The notes beneath the pieces were generated by a model. It ran no database searches and was not told where the DNA came from. It saw nothing but the letters and a program-made list of their open reading frames with translations. The translations under genes were made by a program, and so were the position numbers. 32,000 nt of DNA. It comes from Clostridia bacterium (GTDB lineage: Bacteria; Bacillota; Clostridia; UBA1381). Shown piece after piece: positions 17,512 through 23,876 of the stretch (within the stretch, counting starts at the first letter, position 1; the number at the start of each line of letters is the position of its first letter). The stretch lies in the NCBI GenBank assembly GCA_036307445.1, contig JAXJXP010000045.1:5587-37586 (forward strand). Reading direction: 5' to 3'.

Positions 17512-18300
17512 ATGGAGCTTAAAGAGCATTATACTATTGAAGATTTGTTGGAGATAATGCGAATACTGCGAGGGGAAAACGGCTGTCCGTGGGATAGGGA
17601 ACAGACTCACGAGAGTATTAAGAAAAATCTTATAGAAGAATGCTATGAGGCGATTGATGCCCTTGACAGCGGCGATGACAAGGCCTTTGCAAATGAATTG
17701 GGAGATGTATTATTGCAGGTTGCATTTCATGCAACGATTGCGTCGGAAAGGGACGGTTTTGATTTTGATGATATACTGTATGAGCTTTGTACTAAACTGA
17801 TAACTCGTCATACGCACGTTTTCGGTGAGGATAGGGCGCTTTCGGGTGCGGATGCTCTGGAAACATGGGAGAAGAACAAGAAAAAGGAAAAGGTTAATAA
17901 AACCTGTACGGATACAATTTTGGACATACCGCACGGATTCCCTGCACTTTTGCGTGCACAGAAGGTTTCAAAAAAAGCTGCGGCCGCAGGTTTTGAATGG
18001 GAAAACATTGACGGTGTTATAGAAAAGGTTGCAGAGGAAGCAAAGGAGCTTCAATGTGCCAAAACGCAGGAAGAAAAAGAAGAGGAATTTGGCGATCTAA
18101 TATTCACAATGGTCAATGTTGCAAGGCATATGGGAATAGATGCGGAAACTGCTTTGGGAAAGGCAACGTCAAAATTTATCAACAGATTTTCGCGTATGGA
18201 AAGCGCAATAATTGCCGATAATAAGGCGTTGGAGGGGCTTTCTCAAGCCGAAATGGACGTTTATTGGTGTAAAATTAAACAAAATACTGACAAAAAGTAG
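17512..18300 (+). CDS. mazG: MazG-family nucleoside triphosphate pyrophosphohydrolase
   Basis: Tandem MazG domains (EECYEAIDA...ELGDVLLQV and EEAKEL...EFGDLIFT). The ATG abuts the aroA stop (TAAATG). Confidence 0.9.
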   Translation: MELKEHYTIEDLLEIMRILRGENGCPWDREQTHESIKKNLIEECYEAIDALDSGDDKAFANELGDVLLQVAFHATIASERDGFDFDDILYELCTKLITRHTHVFGEDRALSGADALETWEKNKKKEKVNKTCTDTILDIPHGFPALLRAQKVSKKAAAAGFEWENIDGVIEKVAEEAKELQCAKTQEEKEEEFGDLIFTMVNVARHMGIDAETALGKATSKFINRFSRMESAIIADNKALEGLSQAEMDVYWCKIKQNTDKK

Positions 18301-18329
18301 TTAAATTTGCTAAAAAATACAATAAATAC

Positions 18330-18358
18330 TTGACAAGACAATAGAAATAATATACAAT
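18330..18358 (+). promoter_or_regulatory. Sigma-A type promoter of hup
   Basis: TTGACA (18330-18335), 17-nt spacer, TACAAT (18353-18358). Confidence 0.55.
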
Positions 18359-18416
18359 GAACAAAGGGAAATCGAGGGTATAACCCATTTTAATTAAATT
18401 ATAGGAGGATATCATC

Positions 18417-18692
18417 ATGAACAAATCAGAATTGATCGCAGCAGTTGCTGAGAAGGCAGCTCTTTCAAAGAAGGATGCTGAAAAGGCAGTAAACGCAGTA
18501 GTAGCAGCAGTTACAGACGCACTTGTAGATGGAGATAAGGTACAGCTTGTAGGCTTTGGTACTTTTGAGACAAGAGCAAGAGGTGCTAGAACAGGTAAGA
18601 ACCCTAGAACAGGCGAAGCTATCAAAATCGCTGCTTCTAAGGTTCCCGCTTTCAAGGCAGGTAAGGCTCTTAAGGATGCTGTAAATAAATAA
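18417..18692 (+). CDS. hup: HU-family DNA-binding protein
   Basis: [14 protein letters not shown]...[26 protein letters not shown] is the canonical HU sequence with the beta-arm. Confidence 0.97.
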   Translation: MNKSELIAAVAEKAALSKKDAEKAVNAVVAAVTDALVDGDKVQLVGFGTFETRARGARTGKNPRTGEAIKIAASKVPAFKAGKALKDAVNK

Positions 18693-18704
18693 GTTTACAA
18701 AGTA

Positions 18705-18736
18705 AGGAGTCCTCTTGAGAGGACTCCTGTTTTTTT
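18705..18736 (+). terminator. hup intrinsic terminator
   Basis: Perfect 10-bp stem AGGAGTCCTC (18705-18714) / GAGGACTCCT (18719-18728) with loop TTGA, followed by GTTTTTTT. Confidence 0.85.
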
Positions 18737-18749
18737 ATCGGAGGGGAAA

Positions 18750-18992
18750 ATGAGATTAGATAAATACCTTAAGGTTTCAAGACTGATAAAACGCAGAAGC
18801 ATTGCTAACGATGCCTGTGATGCAGAACGTGTAAGCGTAAACGGCAGAGTTGTAAAAGCTTCATACGATGTTAAGGTGGGAGATATACTTGAAATCCGTA
18901 TGGGAGAACGTGTCATAAAGGCAGAAGTTCTTGTAGTTACTGAGCATGCACCTAAAAATGATGCACCTCTTATGTACAAAGTTCTTTCTTAA
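18750..18992 (+). CDS. S4-domain RNA-binding protein (YabO / Hsp15-like)
   Basis: 80 aa. MRLDKYLKVSRLIKRRSIANDACDAERVSVNG is a typical S4 alpha-L motif. B. subtilis has the same yabM-yabN(mazG)-yabO neighbourhood. Confidence 0.85.
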   Translation: MRLDKYLKVSRLIKRRSIANDACDAERVSVNGRVVKASYDVKVGDILEIRMGERVIKAEVLVVTEHAPKNDAPLMYKVLS

Positions 18993-19108
18993 GACTAAAA
19001 TAAGAGGGAAAACAATCCAATTTTTAATAATTTTTAATGCTCAAATTTATGCAAGTATACGATTTTTAAAAAAAATCAAAAAAATGTCAAAAAAATAACG
19101 TTATCCTC

Positions 19109-19137
19109 TTGTATATTTTTGGATTTTGAGTTAAAAT
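19109..19137 (+). promoter_or_regulatory. Possible sigma-A promoter of gap
   Basis: TTGTAT (19109-19114), 17-nt spacer, TAAAAT (19132-19137) in an AT-rich intergenic region. Confidence 0.35.
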
Positions 19138-19191
19138 ATAGAGGTAAGCGTAATTTAACGCAAAATTATATTATAATGGAGGAATTTCAAA

Positions 19192-20229
19192 ATGGCAGTT
19201 AAAGTTGCAATTAACGGTTTCGGACGTATCGGTCGTCTCGCATTCAGACAGATGTTCGGTGCAGAAGGTTATGAGATTGTTGCTATCAACGACCTTACAA
19301 AGCCTTCAATGCTTGCAGACCTTCTCAAGTATGATACAGCACAGGGCGGTTACTGTGGCAGAATAGGCGAGAACCTTCACACAGTTGAGGCTGATGATGA
19401 AGCTGGTACAATCACAGTTGACGGAAAGACTCTTAAGATTTATGCAATGGCTAACGCAGCAGAGCTCCCCTGGGGCGAGTTGGATGTAGACGTTGTTCTT
19501 GAGTGTACAGGTTTCTACTGCTCAAAGGATAAGGCAATGGCTCACGTTAATGCCGGCGCTAAGAAGGTAGTTATTTCTGCTCCTGCAGGTAACGACCTTA
19601 AGACAATTGTTTACTCAGTAAACGAGAAGACACTTACAAAGGATGACCAGATTATTTCTGCTGCATCATGTACTACAAACTGCTTGGCTCCTATGGCTGA
19701 TGCTCTTAACAAGTATGCTCCTATCCAGTCAGGTATTATGTCAACAATCCACGCTTATACAGGCGACCAGATGATTCTTGACGGTCCTCACAGAAAGGGC
19801 GATATGAGAAGAGCAAGAGCAGGTGCTGCTAACATCGTTCCTAACTCAACAGGTGCAGCAAAGGCTATCGGTCTTGTTATCCCCGAGCTCAATGGTAAGC
19901 TCATCGGTTCTGCACAGAGAGTTCCTGTTCCTACAGGTTCTACAACAATCCTTACAGCTGTTGTTAAGGGTGACAACGTAACAGTTGACGGCATCAACGC
20001 AGCTATGAAGGCAGCAGCTTCTGAGTCTTATGGCTACAACACAGATCCTATCGTTTCTTCAGACGTTATCGGTATGAAGTACGGTTCACTCTTTGATGCA
20101 ACTCAGACAATGGTTTGCGAGATTGGTAACGGTCTTTACGAGGTTCAGGTTGTTTCTTGGTACGACAACGAGAACTCATACACAAGCCAGATGGTTAGAA
20201 CAATTAAGTATTTTGCTGAATTGAACTAA
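19192..20229 (+). CDS. gap: Glyceraldehyde-3-phosphate dehydrogenase
   Basis: [11 protein letters not shown]-binding motif, catalytic SCTTNCLAP, 345 aa. Confidence 0.97.
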   Translation: MAVKVAINGFGRIGRLAFRQMFGAEGYEIVAINDLTKPSMLADLLKYDTAQGGYCGRIGENLHTVEADDEAGTITVDGKTLKIYAMANAAELPWGELDVDVVLECTGFYCSKDKAMAHVNAGAKKVVISAPAGNDLKTIVYSVNEKTLTKDDQIISAASCTTNCLAPMADALNKYAPIQSGIMSTIHAYTGDQMILDGPHRKGDMRRARAGAANIVPNSTGAAKAIGLVIPELNGKLIGSAQRVPVPTGSTTILTAVVKGDNVTVDGINAAMKAAASESYGYNTDPIVSSDVIGMKYGSLFDATQTMVCEIGNGLYEVQVVSWYDNENSYTSQMVRTIKYFAELN

Positions 20230-20241
20230 TTGCATTTTAAT

Positions 20242-20272
20242 AGGCGGTGCTTTTAAAAGCACCGCCTTTTTG
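20242..20272 (+). terminator. gap intrinsic terminator
   Basis: AGGCGGTGCTT / AAGCACCGCCT forms an 11-bp stem (20242-20267), followed by TTTTT. Confidence 0.85.
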
Positions 20273-20288
20273 TGTATTGGGTAAAACA

Positions 20289-20314
20289 AAAGCTTCACAT
20301 TATTGTGAAGCTTT
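20289..20314 (-). terminator. yajC intrinsic terminator
   Basis: Stem AAAGCTTCAC (20289-20298) / GTGAAGCTTT (20305-20314). On the minus strand it is followed by TTGTTTTA. Confidence 0.65.
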
Positions 20315-20323
20315 TAACTTTTA

Positions 20324-20734
20324 TTAACCGTGAATAGTTTCAACTGCTTTGATTGCACTGCGCTCAAACTTAATTACAGACTTTTCATCGGGAGTGCCGA
20401 TGTTACCTGTTTCGATGAACACATATTCGTCCTTAATTCTTGCAACCTTACCGCAGATACCGCCGATGGTTACAACCTTGTCGCCAACCTTCATAGCATC
20501 AATCTGGGCTTTAAGTTCCTTTTCCTTTTTGCGCTGAGGTCTTATCATAATGAAGTAAAGCAATACGATAACCAGCACCATCGGGAGCATAGATGTAATC
20601 ATTGCAAGAACACCGCCTGCACCTGCTGTTGCGCCTGCTGTATCAGCACCTGCTGCGCTTGTTGCAGCAGCTCCTCCGCCCACAACTGCTACGCCCTCTG
20701 CTGCAGAAGCCAAAACCTTAGTAAATCCAAACAT
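20324..20734 (-). CDS. yajC: Preprotein translocase subunit YajC with an Ala/Gly-rich N-terminal extension
   Basis: The core LPMVLVIVLLYFIMIRPQRKKEKELKAQIDAMKVGDKVVTIGGICGKV is canonical YajC. Start set to the ATG at 20734 (MFGFTK), preceded by AAAGGAGAA-N7. The ORF-track start at 20755 is 7 codons upstream. Confidence 0.88.
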   Translation of the reverse strand: MFGFTKVLASAAEGVAVVGGGAAATSAAGADTAGATAGAGGVLAMITSMLPMVLVIVLLYFIMIRPQRKKEKELKAQIDAMKVGDKVVTIGGICGKVARIKDEYVFIETGNIGTPDEKSVIKFERSAIKAVETIHG

Positions 20735-20783
20735 AACAATTCTCCTTTGTTCCATTGTAGTCGCTATTTAAAGCATATAAATA

Positions 20784-20812
20784 ATTATAGCAAATATTGG
20801 TATTTATTGCAA
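20784..20812 (-). promoter_or_regulatory. Sigma-A type promoter of yajC
   Basis: Minus strand: TTGCAA (20812-20807), 17-nt spacer, TATAAT (20789-20784). Confidence 0.5.
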
Positions 20813-20815
20813 GAG

Positions 20816-21388
20816 TTATTTTAACTTTTTTATACCGTCAGCCATACTTACGAGCTTTTCGCCTGATGCAATATGCCTCGCGTGCTCAGATAAGAATATA
20901 TCATTTGTGCCCAATGCAGTAATTCTGTCGGAAAATTCGTGAATATAGCTATCCGAAACAGTTGACACGATAAAGAAGGAGTCCTTATAGGAGTATAGCT
21001 TCATATCGAGCAGTTTGTTTCTGTCTGCTAAAATTAAGTATGATGTAAGTGCACCAAAATCAGTAAAACGGAATAACTTCTTGGAATTTTCTTTTTTCTT
21101 TGCTTTTACAGTGCAGGGGTCAATTTTAACAGTTTTTCTTTCGGGTATTATCTTGGTAACAGTAAGAACAACACCGCCGTCAGCAGGAGAAGCCTCAATA
21201 ACTATCTGCCCGCTTTTTGCATTAAAGCCTGTTTCTTTATTTATATAATCCATAACTTTATACAGAAAGCCTGTAAGCTCCGGCGAATCGGAGGTAAGAG
21301 TCCGTATATTTATGTTCATTTCTGTTAAGTCATTTTCAGTGAGAAGAACACGCACCTTGCGATTGCCCTCAACCCTTTCGATTTTCAT
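20816..21388 (-). CDS. mecA: MecA-family adaptor protein (short form)
   Basis: The N-terminus MKIERVEGNRKVRVLLTENDLTEMNI matches the MecA N-terminal pattern (MKIE..N.I.V.L...DL). At 190 aa it is shorter than B. subtilis MecA. Confidence 0.7.
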   Translation of the reverse strand: MKIERVEGNRKVRVLLTENDLTEMNINIRTLTSDSPELTGFLYKVMDYINKETGFNAKSGQIVIEASPADGGVVLTVTKIIPERKTVKIDPCTVKAKKKENSKKLFRFTDFGALTSYLILADRNKLLDMKLYSYKDSFFIVSTVSDSYIHEFSDRITALGTNDIFLSEHARHIASGEKLVSMADGIKKLK

Positions 21389-21434
21389 TTATGATACCTG
21401 CCTTTCAAAGACAACAGATGTCGCCTGCAATTGT

Positions 21435-21463
21435 ATTATACTATACATTATGCAGTTTGTGAA
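21435..21463 (-). promoter_or_regulatory. Sigma-A type promoter of mecA
   Basis: Minus strand: TTCACA (21463-21458), 17-nt spacer, TATAAT (21440-21435). Confidence 0.5.
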
Positions 21464-21472
21464 TAGATTTTT

Positions 21473-22465
21473 TCAATTTCTTGAAATTTCCTCTAATGCT
21501 GCTCCAATCAGCTCCTCTGCATCACTAAGACTGTTTACTAAAAACAGCTTTACCTTAAGTGTTGATGAACCAGGTAATCCCTTAATGTACCACGCAAAAT
21601 GCTTTCGTGCTTCCTTTATTCCTCTAAGCTCGCCCTTTTCGGCACATAACCCGCGTGCGTGAATAAGAGCCATATTAAGCCGTTCTTCAGGAGTGGGGAG
21701 GGGTATGGTAGTACCGGTTTCAATAAGAGCATTTATCTGACTGAAAATAAACGGATTTCCCTGTGCTCCACGACCTACCATAACAGCATCACAACCTGTT
21801 GTGTTAAACATATCAACCGCATCCTGAGCCGAGAATATATCACCGTTTCCGATAACGGGGATTGATACAGCTTTTTTGACGGCAGTAATGATACTCCAGT
21901 CAGCTTTTCCACTGTAAAACATCATACGTGTTCTCGGATGAACTGCTATTGCAGAAGCACCGTTGGCTTCCAGTATTTTTGCAACCTCGACTGCATTTAC
22001 TAAATTATCGTCCCAGCCCGCACGGATTTTTGCAGTTACCGGCGTTCCGTTAGCACCTTGCACTGCGGCACGCATAATATCACCTGCAAGCTTTGGATTC
22101 TTCATAATCGCACTTCCGTCACCGTTGTTGACGATTTTAGGTGCAGGACAGCCCATATTTATATCAAGAATGTCCGAACCGTAAGATAAGGCCTTTTCGC
22201 ATATTGATTCTATAATATCCGGTTCACTGCCGAAAATCTGTGCAGCAGACGGTTTTTCGTTATCTGTAAGTGCAAGCAGCTCCGGGGTTTTCTTGTCGTT
22301 GTAGTAAAGTCCCTTTGCGCTTACCATTTCGGTGTAGGTGAGTCCTGCACCGTGTTCGCGGCAGATTTTGCGGAAGGTCATATCGGTAATACCTGCCATT
22401 GGCGCTAAAAATATATTGTTTTTGATTTCTACATTTCCGATTTTCATTATTTCACCTGTCAGCAT
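21473..22465 (-). CDS. dusB: tRNA-dihydrouridine synthase
   Basis: FLAPMAGITD, catalytic NMGCPAPKIV, and a TIM-barrel FMN-binding pattern. The true start may be the MKIGNVEIKN Met at 22447 (AGGTGA-N4-ATG). Confidence 0.92.
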   Translation of the reverse strand: MLTGEIMKIGNVEIKNNIFLAPMAGITDMTFRKICREHGAGLTYTEMVSAKGLYYNDKKTPELLALTDNEKPSAAQIFGSEPDIIESICEKALSYGSDILDINMGCPAPKIVNNGDGSAIMKNPKLAGDIMRAAVQGANGTPVTAKIRAGWDDNLVNAVEVAKILEANGASAIAVHPRTRMMFYSGKADWSIITAVKKAVSIPVIGNGDIFSAQDAVDMFNTTGCDAVMVGRGAQGNPFIFSQINALIETGTTIPLPTPEERLNMALIHARGLCAEKGELRGIKEARKHFAWYIKGLPGSSTLKVKLFLVNSLSDAEELIGAALEEISRN

Positions 22466-22564
22466 TTAATTTAAGCTTAATTATAACAAATTCAGATGAT
22501 TTTGTAAAGGTTTGAGTTGTAAGAACATATAATATAAAGAAAATATAAATGCGGAGGTATCTTT

Positions 22565-22813
22565 ATGAAAGATGATATAATGGCAAAGCTTAATCAAGCA
22601 TTAAGCGGTGTTGATGAAAAAAAACTGAAAAGTATGCTGTCAGGTGTTGATACAGCTAAGCTGAAGAATAAATTTTCAGATGCGGATATGCAAAAGCTTG
22701 CGAACGAGGTTTTGAAAATGGACACAGGTGAGCTTAAGAAAAAACTGCAGGGTGCGGATTTAGCAAAACTGTCAAAGCTTGATATTGATAGCATTATCAA
22801 AAAATTGAGGTGA
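22565..22813 (+). CDS. Small Lys-rich repeat protein of unknown function (82 aa)
   Basis: GGAGGT SD lies 6 nt before the ATG. About six degenerate tandem units of the form (G/D)xDxxKLKxxxS follow. No TM segment, and I do not recognise a family. Confidence 0.6.
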   Translation: MKDDIMAKLNQALSGVDEKKLKSMLSGVDTAKLKNKFSDADMQKLANEVLKMDTGELKKKLQGADLAKLSKLDIDSIIKKLR

Positions 22814-22819
22814 GATTTT

Positions 22820-23122
22820 GTGGCAGATATGATGGATACCTTAAAGCAGGTTCTCGGAGATGATGCCGAGGACAAGATAAAATCTGTTTTAAGTTCGCTG
22901 TCAGGCTCAGAAGGGGAGAGCAAACAGGAGGATAATAGCGGTATTGATATAGGGGAGCTAATTAAGCTCAAAAGCATTGCAGAAGAGCTTTCTAACACAA
23001 ACGATGCAAGGTCTAATCTGCTTTTATCTCTTAAGCCTTTTATGCGTTCAACAAGACAAAAGGGCATTGATAATGCGATTAGACTTTTGAGCTTATCAAA
23101 GCTTGGGGGATTATTCCAGTAA
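22820..23122 (+). CDS. Small acidic protein of unknown function (100 aa)
   Basis: GTG start 6 nt after a GAGGTGA that overlaps the stop of the previous ORF. The N-terminus (DAEDKIKSVLSSLSG) repeats the unit of the upstream ORF. The C-terminus reads LKPFMRSTRQKGIDNAIRLLSLSKL. Confidence 0.55.
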   Translation: MADMMDTLKQVLGDDAEDKIKSVLSSLSGSEGESKQEDNSGIDIGELIKLKSIAEELSNTNDARSNLLLSLKPFMRSTRQKGIDNAIRLLSLSKLGGLFQ

Positions 23123-23128
23123 AGGAGT

Positions 23129-23404
23129 GTGCAGGAATTGTACCGCAAATATTACAGCTATAACGATATGCCGGAACCGATAAAACCCTCAAAACCAACA
23201 AACATACCAAAGCCTCAACCTCCAAAGGTTGAGAACCAGAAGGAGATTATTCCCGAACCCAAAAGGAAAAACACAAATTTTCTATCAAGGTTTGAAAAGG
23301 ATGATTTGATATTAGCGGCGGTTTTATTAGTACTGCTTATGGATGAGTGTGATGACTGGCTGCTTATTGCTGTAATTGGCGGGTTGTTGTTCTTTGATAA
23401 ATGA
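23129..23404 (+). CDS. Small Pro-rich protein with an acidic hydrophobic C-terminal segment (about 88-91 aa)
   Basis: In frame directly after AAGGAG (23122-23127). The GTG at 23129 is only 1 nt from the SD, so the TTG at 23138 (10-nt spacing) is a more plausible start. The C-terminus is LILAAVLLVLLMDECDDWLLIAVIGGLLFF. Confidence 0.5.
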   Translation: MQELYRKYYSYNDMPEPIKPSKPTNIPKPQPPKVENQKEIIPEPKRKNTNFLSRFEKDDLILAAVLLVLLMDECDDWLLIAVIGGLLFFDK

Positions 23405-23405
23405 A

Positions 23406-23427
23406 AAGCGACGGAATTCCGTCGCTT
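23406..23427. terminator. Bidirectional terminator between the small-ORF operon and the DtxR-family gene
   Basis: Perfect 9-bp stem AAGCGACGG / CCGTCGCTT with loop AATT, flanked by AAAA upstream and GTTTCTT downstream. Confidence 0.65.
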
Positions 23428-23432
23428 GTTTC

Positions 23433-23807
23433 TTAGTTGATTTTGTGTTTTTGAATAAAGGCTTTCAACTTTTCAAAGGTTTGTTCGCTTATGTCGTGCT
23501 CAATTTTGCAGCTGTCCAAGTACGCCGTTTCTTCATCGACACCGATTGCTATTAGTGCGGCTGCAATTGTGCGGTGGCGCTCATATACACCTTCTGCAAT
23601 CTTAAGCCCCTTTTCAGTAAGAGCTATTCCGCCATCATCACCTATTGTTATAAAGCCGTCTTCGCGGAAATGCTTCATTGCGACAGAGACACTGGGCTTG
23701 GTAACGCCAAGCTCATTTGCAACGTCAATACTTCTTACATGCCCTTTTTTATTCTTTAACATAAGTATTGATTCCAAATAGTTTTCAGCAGATTCCTTTA
23801 TTATCAT
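23433..23807 (-). CDS. DtxR/MntR-family metal-dependent transcriptional regulator (no SH3-like domain)
   Basis: Start re-set to the ATG at 23807. MIIKESAENYLESILMLKNKKGHVRSIDVANELGVTKPSVSVAMKHFREDGFI is the typical winged-HTH N-terminus of the family, followed by the dimerisation/metal-binding helix region. Confidence 0.88.
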   Translation of the reverse strand: MIIKESAENYLESILMLKNKKGHVRSIDVANELGVTKPSVSVAMKHFREDGFITIGDDGGIALTEKGLKIAEGVYERHRTIAAALIAIGVDEETAYLDSCKIEHDISEQTFEKLKAFIQKHKIN

Positions 23808-23840
23808 AAAAAAATACCTCAAAAATCATTCTTTTGAGGT
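23808..23840 (-). terminator. copA intrinsic terminator (its 3' arm contains the SD of the regulator gene)
   Basis: Minus strand: ACCTCAAAA-gaatgat-TTTTGAGGT (23840-23816), followed by ATTTTTTT and then immediately ATG 23807. Confidence 0.7.
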
Positions 23841-23869
23841 ATTATATCATACAATTTTCAGTTTGTCAA
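23841..23869 (-). promoter_or_regulatory. Consensus sigma-A promoter for the DtxR-family gene
   Basis: Minus strand: TTGACA (23869-23864), 17-nt spacer, TATAAT (23846-23841) with an extended -10 TG. It lies between the copA stop (23877) and the hairpin. Confidence 0.6.
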
Positions 23870-23876
23870 AGTAAGA

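Noticed and set aside
20560-20740. GC-rich imperfect repeats (GCACCTGCTG-like), considered as a possible non-coding repeat or CRISPR-like element.
   Set aside because: They lie in frame within yajC and simply encode its Ala/Gly-rich N-terminal extension. There is no spacer-repeat periodicity.
22466-22564. Sporulation-sigma promoter call upstream of the small-ORF trio.
   Set aside because: CATATAATA fits the loose CATAnnnTA -10 pattern. The region is so AT-rich that such matches are expected by chance, and no convincing -35 partner was found. It is mentioned only as a hint inside a finding and not annotated.
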